Source: Phoronis australis (Eukaryota > Animalia > Phoronida). Taken from it: a stretch of DNA of 64,000 nucleotides. The stretch is taken from contig NMRA01000268.1 of NCBI GenBank assembly GCA_002633005.1, forward strand, positions 254,585 through 318,584, given 5' to 3'. Below the pieces are notes generated by a model. It did not search any database, was not told where the DNA came from, and worked only from the letters and a program-made list of their open reading frames with translations. Position numbers and translations under genes: made by a program. Below, piece after piece: positions 1-11,471 of the stretch; the stretch's first letter is position 1, and each line of letters starts with the position of its first letter.

Positions 1-153
1 ACTGGTAGTGTGGCTGTTGTTAGTAAAGGTATCCTAACTTATGGACCGATGAGCTCACACCCTGAGTGGTATGATTGTGTGGTGCTAACAAAACCAACAT
101 TATACTTGCCATAAAATCTCACATACCACGAAACAAACTAAGTTGTGGTTTAA

Positions 154-1257
154 CCCTTTCAACACCGCAGACCGCTTAAGCGGTCTCTGAAACTTACCTC
201 CATTCAACACCGTGGACCGCTTTATCGGTCTCACGATATGCCGAACTTCCAAGCAACAGAATATTTGATTGGTTGATTAGGGGAATTCTTTTGTGTACGT
301 CACAAATTTAAATATAGCCTTACCTTCATTTCTAACAGCTTTTCTGATTCGTTGCTGAGAGGTAACGTGAGTTATTGAAGGGGTTTTCCAAGAATTTAGA
401 TCGATGACTCGCGAAAACAAAATGTCGGCCGACGGCGATTCAGACGTAGACTTTTCAAATGACGAAATTGGCAATAATTTGTATACTTTTTACTTAATTA
501 ATATACAAGATAACCCAAAAAGGAATTCTTATAAATCTGGCCAGATTTTGTTGACTATTACGACAAAGAAGTTGAATTACATGGCTTTGAACCGGAGGAA
601 AACTTTGCAGGTCGCGAATTTCGCAATTGGGTCAAACAAACGCCGTTGAACTTCGACATCTTCGCAAATTTTCTGAACATGTGGAGTCTTCTAGAGTTTA
701 CGATGGTTACGATAAGCAAGTTGAGTACTTTAAAAATTTCTATATTGATGAAATATTCGGTGAAATTGTCAGGGTAATTAATTTGAACGCCCAAAGGAAG
801 CGCGAGTCACAACCGGAAGTGGACAAATTTGAATCGTTGAACTTAACGATCGCCTAATTTAAGTCACTTTATGGACTTCAAATGTAAATAGAAGATGTGA
901 AATGTGATTAAAAACGTATCTTAAGAAATTTTACTGAAGAATATTCACGACACTGTTACTCATAAATCATTTTTATTCTTTAAACGATACATTGAATTGG
1001 CAAATTGGCAAACAAACACCGGCATTTCAGGTGTTACTTACCTGCATCACATGAGAGAGTGGGATTTTTTAATTTTGGTGAATTTGTAGATAAAGTTCAT
1101 TCTGTTCTCTACATTTTGGTGTATTACACTTTGAAATTCAATGATAAATGGATTGTTTATGGAATTTTGAAAACAAGCACCTCAGTTCAGCCCATGTGTA
1201 CTAAGTTACTTGGGGTTCAGGGACACAATGGCCGACAGTTACTTGGAGGTGAAAGAG
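154..1257 (+). mobile_element. Decayed/internally deleted piggyBac DNA transposon
   Basis: TTAA at 150-153 and 1258-1261. Termini CCCTTTCAACACC...GGTGAAAGAG are an imperfect TIR with YY...RR ends. There is a subterminal repeat (caacaccg..gaccgctt..cggtctc x2) and an internal transposase remnant. Confidence 0.8.
422..960 (+). pseudogene. piggyBac transposase N-terminal remnant
   Basis: An acidic N-terminus MSADGDSDVDFSNDE is followed, in another frame, by QVEYFKNFYIDEIFGEIVRVINLNA...LTIA*FKSLYG. This resembles the piggyBac motif 'YF.LFF.D.....IV..TN.YA...T..E.KAF.G'. Stops and frameshifts are present. Confidence 0.65.
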
Positions 1258-1420
1258 TTAAACCAGTTATTGGTGTACAATGGTTCTTAACTTGTTCCTT
1301 ACTTAGCTGCGGATTGTCTTCTGGGAACTGACAGTTTGTGCTTGAGACAAATACTGGGTAGAGTTCAGTAGCTGTCTTGCGGCTAGAAAAATCTTGCCAA
1401 AATCAGGTGTTCTCATTTGA

Positions 1421-3975
1421 AGTAAGTATGTAAGTAAGTAAGTAATTTTTTATTATAAGGACATGTGTTCAAATGAATTTAAACAATGAATACATTACAA
1501 AGACTAGGAACACCCAGCCCTCCACGGGGCTTATAAGACACTTTAGATACATGGTACAAAAAAGAAAAGACAAGTGTACACGCATTGCAAGAGGACCAGA
1601 AAGAGAGGCCGAGATAAAGCGATCATAAATAAATATAATTTTCCTTACTTCAAAAATATTTTGGATGAAAACTGAAGTTTTTCTAATAACATCTTTTTGC
1701 ATGATTGTAATTAATTTACTTTCACAGCTTTCTGCACGGAATCGTGGATATTTAATCTCAACTTGACAGTAAAAGGTGTTTCTGGCATCTAAGAAAAATG
1801 GACACTCAAACAGAAAATAAAGTTCAGTTTCGACCTGACCAGTGTGACAAAGACAGCAAATTCTGTCATCAAAATCTAGAGAACGAAAACGCCCAACCTC
1901 AACCAATAGCTGTAGGGTTCCGGTTCTAATTTGATCAAGAATTGATCTACTAGGCCGTGTTAAGTCTAAAACCACGTAAGGCTCAACTTAAAAGACATTC
2001 TTCATCAAAACATGGGTTCTTAACTTTGGTTTCAAACAGCTTTCAAACAACCACCTATTACATGCCAAATCATGCAAAATATTCTTACAGTGAGACAGAT
2101 TAACTGAACGTAAGTTATGAAAACAATCCGAAATCCCTAATTCTTCAAAAATGCTCAAAATTTCAGAAGACCAATTATTAGTACAGTAGTGTAGTCCCAC
2201 CAAAATATTTGGTATGTTAGTCTATCATCCTCGAAATTAATAATACAATTCCACATTCTCAAAAGCTCAATTTTCCGCCTTACACTGGGGAATTCCCACC
2301 CCATGTCACCCATAACAGCATGATTAGGAGCGAATTTGTGAACGTCCAAGAAAAATCGCGCAGCTCTATTCTGAATGACATCATAATCCTGTAGACTAGA
2401 GCCGCCCCAGACACCTACACTATAATCTCTAACAGGCACAACACAGGCATTGAATATTGTAGTGAACGTTCTGTACCTCATATTTTTATTCTTTTTAAAT
2501 TTATTAATTAAAGTGCCCAAAGGTCTTCCGGCAGATTCGGATAGAGTTTTAGCAGTTTCAGAAAACTTCAAATGTTTATTTAAAATTATTCCTAAATATT
2601 TATATTTGGGTACATATTCTAGGTCTAGTCGACCCAACCAAAATGGAGAGACATGCTTGGATCTGAAGTGAATAATATTAGTTGACAATTAGCCTCCATT
2701 TAGAGAACCATTTATCAACTATATTCAATAAACCCTGTAAATTTTCTTCGCTCTCGGCAAGTACCACTATATCATCTGACAGCATAAAACAAAGATGAAG
2801 CGTTATCAGCACGGATAGGAATTCCTAAATTTGACTGTTTTAATTCCTTTGCCAAATCATTTATAAATAGTGCAAAAAGAGTAGGTGATAAAACATCTCC
2901 TTGTTTGACCCCACAAGATGTATAAAACCAGTCCGTAAAGGTATTATTAATCTTAACACAGGATTGAGTTTTGGCATAAATATTTTTATTTTTTATTCAT
3001 AAAATTTTCCAACTATCATAAGATCCAACATTTTAAAAAGTAAACTATTTCTATCTACCCAGACAAAAGCTTTTTGCGTATCAATAAAAGTAGCAAATGT
3101 GGATTGTTTGTTATTCAAGCGATTACGTATAATCGAGGTCAAAACAAAGACGTGATCAACACATGCTGTGTCACGACGAAAGCCATTTTGCTCATCAACA
3201 AGGAGCCTGTTTTCCTCCGCGTACTCAACCAGTCTATTGTTCAATACTACTATACAACTTGTATACGTTAGACAACAAGATGATACCTCTATAACTCAGC
3301 GGGACGCGCGGGTCCTTCTCTGACCCCTTTGGAATAGGCATAATAACGGATTTAGCCCATAAACTAGGAACCATACCGTAACGAAAAACCATTTGGAACA
3401 AACAAGTCAAAAGGTCAATAGCGGTGTCATTTTTACATACTTCATAACAAATATGATCAATTCCTACTGCTTTATTGTATTTAGATTTCATCACTACCCG
3501 CTTTACTTCATCGCGAGTAATATTTTTATTCAAAATACTATTTTCATCAAAGTCAAGATTATCAAACGACTCAAGATGAGCTTTTTTGAGAAGCATATCA
3601 GCATGAAATCCACGGTCAAAATTATTTACAGTTGGACCATTGTATAACGATTCATACTCGTTCTTCATTTATTAAAAACATATTGGTTATTGGTATTAGG
3701 GTTTCCAGTGTCATCGTATACCTCCATGGGTATTGCCTTTCTAAAAGAGGGGCCCAAGTTCTTAATGCACTTCCTAAATTTTGTTGGGTTACTGAAATTT
3801 AAAGATTCTATGAGGTCAGCTTGATCTCTCAAAAATTTTCTTTCGATCCTCCTGTGGTCTTTATCAAATAGAACCTGGGCATTTTGAAATTGCCGTCTCA
3901 GTAAAGAGCGTTCTTCTCGAGAGCCGCTGCATTTCAATAATTTTTTTCCTTTAAACTTACATCTTTCCAATTAGC
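1421..3975 (-). mobile_element. 5'-truncated, frameshifted non-LTR retrotransposon (L2-group, Daphne/Crack-like) ORF2
   Basis: Fragmented minus-strand ORFs carry RT motifs: KAVGIDHI, PIPKGSEKDPRVPLSYRGI, DEQNGFRRD, FIDTQKAF, GVKQGDVLSPTLF (~2880-2915), a degenerate YADDIV (~2765-2790) and KYKYLG. The C-terminus is EVGRF...RICCLC...FLFECP. The 3' end has AATAAA followed by a (TACT)n tail at 1421-1445. Confidence 0.92.
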
Positions 3976-6900
3976 TCGGAATACATGGCAATGTCTCACA
4001 TACCCTCGCATTCTTCCTTTTCTAGCAAGGTCCTAGCAAGCTTCTAGTTTATTGAACTCTGCCCTGACTCCTCTTTTTTGACAAATACTAAAAGTATAGA
4101 CGGTTGGAAAAAGTCTATTTCAAATTACACTCATTGTGTTCATAGCAGCCCTGGAACTAGACAGGCCTAGAATAGGAGAGTCTATTGTTCACTCTGAGTA
4201 ATTTGTCCACTGTAAGATTAGAGGGGTAGCAGGTTGCTGTCATTAACATTAGAAATCGTTACTGTTGTTAAGAAATTGCTTTACCGTGTCTGGTCAGCTG
4301 TTGAATTCAAATTCTGAAAATCAAATTTCCAAGTCTACTCTTGGAAAGTTTGGATATTTGTGATATTTACTGTTCTGTGAACAAATTTTGAATAATGCCC
4401 CTGGTTACTAATTGTTATATTAGGTGTATGAAAGAGCCATTCATTGATATACATACTATAGATAGGAAGTGTGCTTGAAGGACCCACAGGCTAGTGGGTT
4501 TATATTTGCTCCATTATGTACTTTATTGTGCAATAATTGATCTTATTATTTGTTGGGACTTGCATAATTTCTGGCTGATAAATAAGGTTTCTTGGTACTG
4601 ACACTGTCCTCACCTTTTGACCCTTTGACCCATTTTTAAGTTATTCTATATTGACATTGTAGGGGTGGAAAAGTCATTAGGCTCAGCAACTGCTATTATT
4701 TTTTGCCATTTTAGATGGTACTTTGTTGTTTTCCTTATCCTTGTGAATTCTTTTTGTTTGTTTTTTATTTCTCAGGTGACGTATGTCTAGTTTGTTTCAC
4801 AAGTTTGATGTCCATGACTATCTTAAATCCCCTTGTGTAATGGGTATGTTGCCCTTGACAGCCAGACAGAGTAATGAGTGCCCTTCAGCTACTTCCAGCT
4901 AGAACACTAGAATGAACTTAGAATGAAAAGGTAACTGGGTTTGTCTGTCCAGACAATCCTGAAAAGGGCAATAAGTCAAACCTTACTCTTGGCTTAGTTC
5001 AAGTAACAAAAGTATGATAAAGGCAAATAGTACAGAAAGGTTAGATGCTGGTATGAAAAAGTTATATTTGTTCCTCTGGTGACTGTATTTTCTTGAATAG
5101 ATGCCCTTTGTGATTTTCAATGATCGAAAAGGGATTCATTCTGTTGACATAAGGGTGATACCCAAGAATGTCCTATAATATTTTCAAGTCCTATGACTCC
5201 TATCGAATACTGCTGTCACATACTCTGGCAAGTTGGCTGAGTGCCTATTGTAGTGATTCCTCAAAGGTGTCTTACCTTACATCTTGGTTGTCCGTGGTCG
5301 AGCTCAATAGTTCTGCTTTGGTGTGTGGTCTGGGTATCGAATGCCACTCTGCATCCAAACATGTGTATCGGCCGCAGGGCCGCTTAATTAATATTCATGA
5401 TGCGCCCTCATTGGCCATTACCGGCATATGGGCCGGACAGCCAACGTCGGCAGTCTCCAAGACGAACAGCAGTCGTCTCTCGATGCCGACAGAGGGCGCA
5501 CGCGGCAGAAGGCCAGCGCAGCAGTGAGACAGGTCAAGTGACGTCTCACTACACTATTCATGTGGTAGACTGATGTTTTGACTACTAGATGGAGCTGTGG
5601 TCAGGCGAGAAGCAGAGGCAACGTTACTTGCGAGTGCATTATAAACTCCAGTATTAAATTTTGATATCCTCTACAACTAGATGTTTCAAAACTTTCACGC
5701 TATTTATTTGCAAACCATGGTTGTGAAGAGGTGCTTTTTAAAATTGGTTCATGTGAAATATGGGACATTTGTTTTTCTAAAAACGTGAAAGAGTGTGTGT
5801 TTCCTTAATATCATTTTAATCCCAAACTGTAAACCACTTAAAAACTTATTCCCGTATGATTATGAAGTAACTTTTCTGAGCAAACAGAATTTTAAAGTGT
5901 AGAATTATTCACTTTAACTTAAGAATTTGAAGGTACATCTGTATATGTGGCACACCAAAAATGCTGCTGACACAAATGATACCACACTTAACTTGCTGTA
6001 CACTCGGATAAAATTCAATTAGTACAGGATACAGGCTGGTAATTTACTTACGGTATTGTTCATACTTTAGATGTAAGCGGTATCTGTCAAGCTTCATGAA
6101 AGTTACTCATTGAATGATTTTTTTTTGAAAAAAATCCGTTAAAAATTATTACCAAAATGAACCATCAGTCAAACATTGAACATTGTAAACGTCCACTATT
6201 TGTCATAACATAATGTTGTTAGCTATGACTTAGGACATCAAAGTATTGTGCTACTAATCTTGGAAATAATGAAGAACAACCACATGTCTAGCACACTGTC
6301 CCCTAATTTCCTGAGATTTTTATAGTACATATCATTCAGCTGTGTTAATAGTTAAAAGCATTACTGTTAGGATAAATTACCATGTCTCTGACCTCATTGG
6401 CTTAGTTATTGAAAGATTTGTTACTGTCCAGATAAAACTGAGCTTGTTATTTAAAATGCCTGGAATGATTAATTATACCTGGGAATGTCCGGTCAAGATT
6501 GATGCTGGTACCTATGTACCTAAAGTGAGTGTAGGAGGGTCAGCTGAGAACATGTGCACTGAGAAGAGTTAATGTACCTATACAAGTACATCCTGCACTG
6601 GATGTTGGCTGACCTTGTGATGTGTGACTGGGATACGGGTGGGAAATTAGGTTACCCACGCATTTAGAGTGTGGACTTAGAAAAAGGAGCCATTTTTAGG
6701 GTGTTCATGAAAATCCATTCTTTTGTTTGGTGTGTGGGGATTAATTCCTGAACCTGAACATTTCATACGGATTCTTGAACAATGATTTTAAACCCTTTTT
6801 AAAAGCCAGAAAGAGTACATTCAAGTTTAGTTGTCGTAAATAAGTAATCATAGTAAAAGTAATAAAAGTTTATAAAGTATTGATAGCATGATTTCTTTTG

Positions 6901-8081
6901 CTTAGTGGGAAAAAGGAAGCAGAATTTCAAACTTGCAGAAATTCATTAAAGTCATCAGCGGCTGATGAAACGTTAGTTTTCTTTGTACCAGTCATGGAGA
7001 TTTTCGTCAGAAAAGGATTTCATAATGATACGTTTATTTCCTTAAATGCCTGTGACCCAAAGTACAGTAAACAAAAATTAAACAAGCACATTTGTACATG
7101 CAGTCAACCCATTTAAGGTTATCTCCAACCTTATTTAGTGGCATCTATTCCAACTCGTATATCAAAAAAACTAAGCTTTGTCAATTAGTAGAAGTATATA
7201 TTATCTGAAAGAAAAATGATTAGGGAATATAATAATACTTTTTGTATTAATGTACCAAATTATTTTTACCTAAAAACCCTTTTTAAGTCAAAATTTTATT
7301 TTTAAGAAAGGTACCCTCTTAGCAAAAGAACCGTTCGATCGCTTTTAATGAAACTTTTTTAAATGAAAACTTCACCAGTTACCTCAAAAATGCGATTAGG
7401 AATTTTCGATTAGTCTTTTCGTTTGGTTTCTATGACAAATCAACTCGGGTATCTTTGTAAAAAACGGAAGTCATATTCGTCTTTGTTACATTGCGCAAAA
7501 ATAGGCCTTTGTATCGAAAATCCATAACAGCGTTTTTGAGACTGATGACTAAATATTAATTTTGGAATGTTTCAGCGAAATCCACTGAGCCGTTTTCTAG
7601 AATTCCTGTGCCTAAGTTCAAATGAAGTCGATTTGCCGAAGCCGACAAAAAGCTGATTAAACTGGGACAAGTGAAAATCTCAAAGTCTATGCTTAATTAT
7701 TTGGTAAACGCTTTTTTGCGGTATACATGACCTATACAAGCCTTAAAGGCGAAGGCAACCTTTTTTCATTTCATTTTGAGCTAAAATAAGGTTGGTTGGT
7801 TATCCTAGACATATTTTTCACTTAATTACAGCTTTTCGTAATTTTATATAATTACTCGTCCTCTACTCCGGAAGTGATGTTTTTGGATGCAAGCGTTTCC
7901 CGCCACTTGGTTTTGCGTTGAGTTTACCGTGCGAATCTGTTCTATTCTACTTTTGTTTTGTGCTGTTTTTCAACAATTGTCGCCACCACTTTCCATCGGC
8001 GAGTATTCTGCGGCAAGATAGGTTAGTAGAGAACTCAACTACGTTGGATTTAGGGATTGTTTAGTGTGCTGTAAGCTGAAA

Positions 8082-8380
8082 ATGGCTGGAGTCGGTGACC
8101 CGTATCACAGTGACAGAGTGTGAGTGACGGAGACCTTGTTCACAGCAGTGGTGACGAGGAATTTTTTCACGGACATTCAGTGGGTGGGTACATGTTTGAG
8201 CCCGAGTGTAACGAGGCAGAGTACGCACAGGCACAGGCAGCTGTTGAGAGAAACGAGGCGGCTACTGAGGACAGACGTGGTGACACATCTTGGTGCAAAT
8301 GCACTGTGTGCGTTGTTATGCCTACCTCAATGGAATGCTTGTGCTGTTCAGAGTTCGACGAGGCCAAGCCACTACTGGAC
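8082..8380 (+). pseudogene. KolX (P2X7 ballast-domain-like) N-terminal remnant
   Basis: MAGVGDPYHSD..., then GYMFEPE...RRGDTSWCKCTVCVVMPTSMECLCCSE, the Cys-rich WCxCxxCxxMPTxxECxCCxE motif of KolX/P2X7 ballast. It has a 1-bp deletion relative to copy 2 and is truncated at the deletion junction. Confidence 0.82.
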
Positions 8381-9193
8381 ACGGTTAAGTGGACCTCCGG
8401 CATACCATGGACAGAGGAACAACTGTCCCACTTGCCAGAGTGTCCCGCGACACACTCCCACTGGATGGTGACCTGAGCACCCAAACTGCTTACATCGTGT
8501 CGTGTGACTCCCTCGCCACACACCTGGCACCTTCTAAATAGCTCCAACACTTTAGACAAGTCCACAATAAACTTATCAAAGTTTGGCTCACCGATCTGTT
8601 CACTGGACGACGAACTGTCCTCTTCACTGGGTGTCGAACTGGGCCTGTAATCACTCCCACTACTCAATATCGCTGCAGGGCTGCTTAGAGGCTCTGGGCT
8701 GGAGAAAACAGTACAGGGCGAATCACTACTGGTTCCAGGAATGGCACGCTCTGGGGTACGTTCGGAGGCACGGGTGACAGTGGATGAAGTGCTTCCACTG
8801 GCTCCAGTCACTGTACTGGCCATAGCTCGCGAGGCTTCTCTCTTCAAAAACGCACTTCTCAGGAACCAGTAGTGATCTCTCGGGTGGCGACGGGGCACTG
8901 CCGGGAATCAACACAGACGGAATGGCATTCTTCTTCATGCGTTGTTTCGCAGGGACCTTCATCAGTTCAGCGTACAAATCCCTTTCGTAATCGGACAGCA
9001 GAAAGTGCTTGCCACACACACGGTAATTCTCGACTGGTTTGTACATTGCGTGGACGGGTAACGCTGTGTTCTTCACACGAACGAGTCAAGTATGGCGAAG
9101 TTTGTCGTCCATCGGAAAGCGATGCTAAGGTACTCCCAAAGCGGGCGTGAGACGATAATTCGTACATCCCGGTACGCAGCAACAGTGTGGCAT
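8381..9193 (-). pseudogene. THAP-domain Kolobok transposase N-terminal remnant
   Basis: MPHCCCVPGCTN...P*HRFP...T*LVRV...VCGKHF...NAIPSV is a C2CH THAP domain with two premature stops. It is followed by an S-rich linker and KFIV...LELFRRCQVC...WECVAGHSGKWDS. The DDE core is deleted. Confidence 0.88.
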
Positions 9194-10512
9194 GTTGACT
9201 GACTATTAAATGAAAGCAAACGACGACGTAACTTAACACAACTGAGGTAGAACAATGACTGACTAGACTGCTCTCACAGTCAGACTATATGAAAAGAAAT
9301 TGGCGCTAAATGCTTGCCTCCTAAAACGTCACTTCCGGAGTAGCGGACGAGTAATTAACAAAATTACGAAAAGCTGTAATTAAGTGGAAAATATGTCTAG
9401 GATAACCAACCAACCTTATTTTAGCTCAAAATGACATGAAAAAGGTTGCCTTTGCCTTTAAATATGTTTGCTATTTCAACATTCACTCTCAATGTCAACT
9501 GATTTTGCAGTGCGTAATTAACTTAATTATTATTAAAAACGTACCATTCCCAGCTAACTACTGTTGTTTGCGACCATTTGACCTACTTTTATATGTAAAT
9601 AGGTCATAGTTCACATAGCCTGTACACGTCACGGGCTGGGAGACTGATACGAAACCAACTAAGAAATGGATAACAAAGATCGAATCGGTGGTTAAAGCAT
9701 GTCGTTAGCATGAGACCGAAAAATTGAAATGTCAAATTATTAATTGAATGAAGGAATTAGGGTGAGGATTTATCTCTTCATAATTTGCTGTGTTCATGAC
9801 CACAGAGGCCTGAGGCGAAAGTAGCATTAGTTCTGAACGCCAACAGTCGTATGCAAGTGGATGCACAACTTCCTTAGGATCAAAACTACGTTTTGTCTTT
9901 GTTTTCTCCGGCACCATTCTACCATAAGTACACCTCGTTTACTCAATGTTATGGCGGTTTCGTGAATGAAAGGACTGAGGGTATATGAAGCTGTACCTGG
10001 CGGGAGATTCGATTTGATTGAAAGCTCTTTAACCTTTGACCTCGGATAAGTAGTAAACAAATATCCACGCGGTTGTGCTGTTCCGAGGTGGTTCTGTTAA
10101 ATCTTTTTTCTCGCTACGCAGTATATATTCTGTATTTGAAGTTCCCGGAGAATGAAGATAAGGTATTTTACTAGACACGTGAAATATTGTAAAAATGTCC
10201 ATTTTTTAGGAATAAGCCTGGAAATAACCTTTAAGAGTTGTTCTCTTCTTTTAAGACTTGAATACATATATTTAATAACAGAAATGCCTGGCTTAGCTAG
10301 CAGGCATATACAGGATTCTTGAGTTGGGTGCGTCCATTGAACTTCTTTTCTAAAACGTGAATTAAGTTCATAATATTCCTTTCAAATCAAGAGGAAGTGG
10401 TATTCGTTCTTTACAAGACTACCATTGCAATCATTTTGTCGAGTCGCTCATTCAAACTCAATCTATTAATATTCCGCTTCCAGGTGTGCTTACCCACTTC
10501 CACTTGTAGTCA

Positions 10513-10805
10513 GTCTATGGTTATTTGTCTGGTGTGCTACTTGTAGTCTATGGTTATTTGTCTGGTGTGCTACTTGTAGTCTATGGTTATTTGTCTGGTG
10601 TGCTACTTGTAGTCTATGGTTATTTGTCTGGTGTGCTACTTGTAGTCTATTGTTATTTGTCTGGTGTGCTACTTGTAGTCTATGGTTATTTGTCTGGTGT
10701 GCTACTTGTAGTCTATGGTTATTTGTCTGGTGTGCTACTTGTAGTCTATGGTTATTTGTCTGGTGTGCTACTTGTAGTCTGTGGTTATTTGTCTGGTGTG
10801 CTACT
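10513..10805. repeat. 33-bp minisatellite, ~9 copies
   Basis: Near-perfect repeats of the unit gtctatggttatttgtctggtgtgctacttgta. Confidence 0.97.
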
Positions 10806-11471
10806 GTTTTGCAACGCTAAAAATCAACTCCCTCTTTTCTAATTTTCCATGTCATGCACCGAGTAATAAAAGGGGTTCAAGGTGGACAACTGCCTTTCAC
10901 AAAGTTTCTTCAAGTAATTTTGAAGACAGCATGGTGGAACATTTCAAAATTAGTTTATCAAAATTTCTAATAAAAGTAAACTTGAAGAATATAGTACAGA
11001 TATGTCATTGGAGAGTTAATGGAACATGTGGCATCAACAAACCCATGATGAAATTTGAACATGTTTAATAATGCATTGAGCTTTTGAAAAATGGAAAATG
11101 CGCGTTTGGCAATCACTTTTGTTCAAATTTGAGGACATATGCTTTTGGTATATTTTGTTTCATACTGTTAATTCTCCCGGCAGGTGGCAGTACTAAAAGT
11201 GAGCAAAGCACTTTCACACTTTAACCCTGTCTATGCTATGGACGGGGCAGCATTGAAAAAAGTGGGAGGCTACAGCCTCCCAGCCCCCCTCCCTGTGATG
11301 CACCGCCAACAGACTATGAGCGGTGCAGCATTGAAAAAAAGTGGGGGCTACAGCCCTCCCAGCCCCTTTTGGTGTACACGGCGATTTTTGCAAACTACTT
11401 TGTACATGGTTTATAAGGAGTGTGTATGGAGGGCTTTCTCAGTCAAGGGTTCAAATGTGGCTGGAAAGTTA

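Larger units (their letters stand above)
7747..9457 (-). mobile_element. Kolobok DNA transposon, internally deleted (copy 1)
   Basis: TTAA TSD at 7743-7746 and 9458-9461; AG...CT termini; ~157-bp TIRs (7747-7905 / 9301-9457); convergent THAP-transposase and KolX remnants. A near-identical inverted copy lies at 59918-61594. Confidence 0.92.
7116..10230. mobile_element. Non-autonomous TIR element (Kolobok-like ends) hosting a nested Kolobok
   Basis: AGGTTATCTCCAACCTTATT (7116) versus AATAAGCCTGGAAATAACCT (10211-10230) is a 17/20 inverted match. The flanks are TTTA and TTAA. Confidence 0.55.

Noticed and set aside
10525-10842. Repetitive ORF (LSGVLLVVYGY)n; superficially array-like
   Set aside because: A by-product of a 33-bp tandem repeat. 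There are no unique spacers and the context is eukaryotic, so it is neither CRISPR nor a gene.
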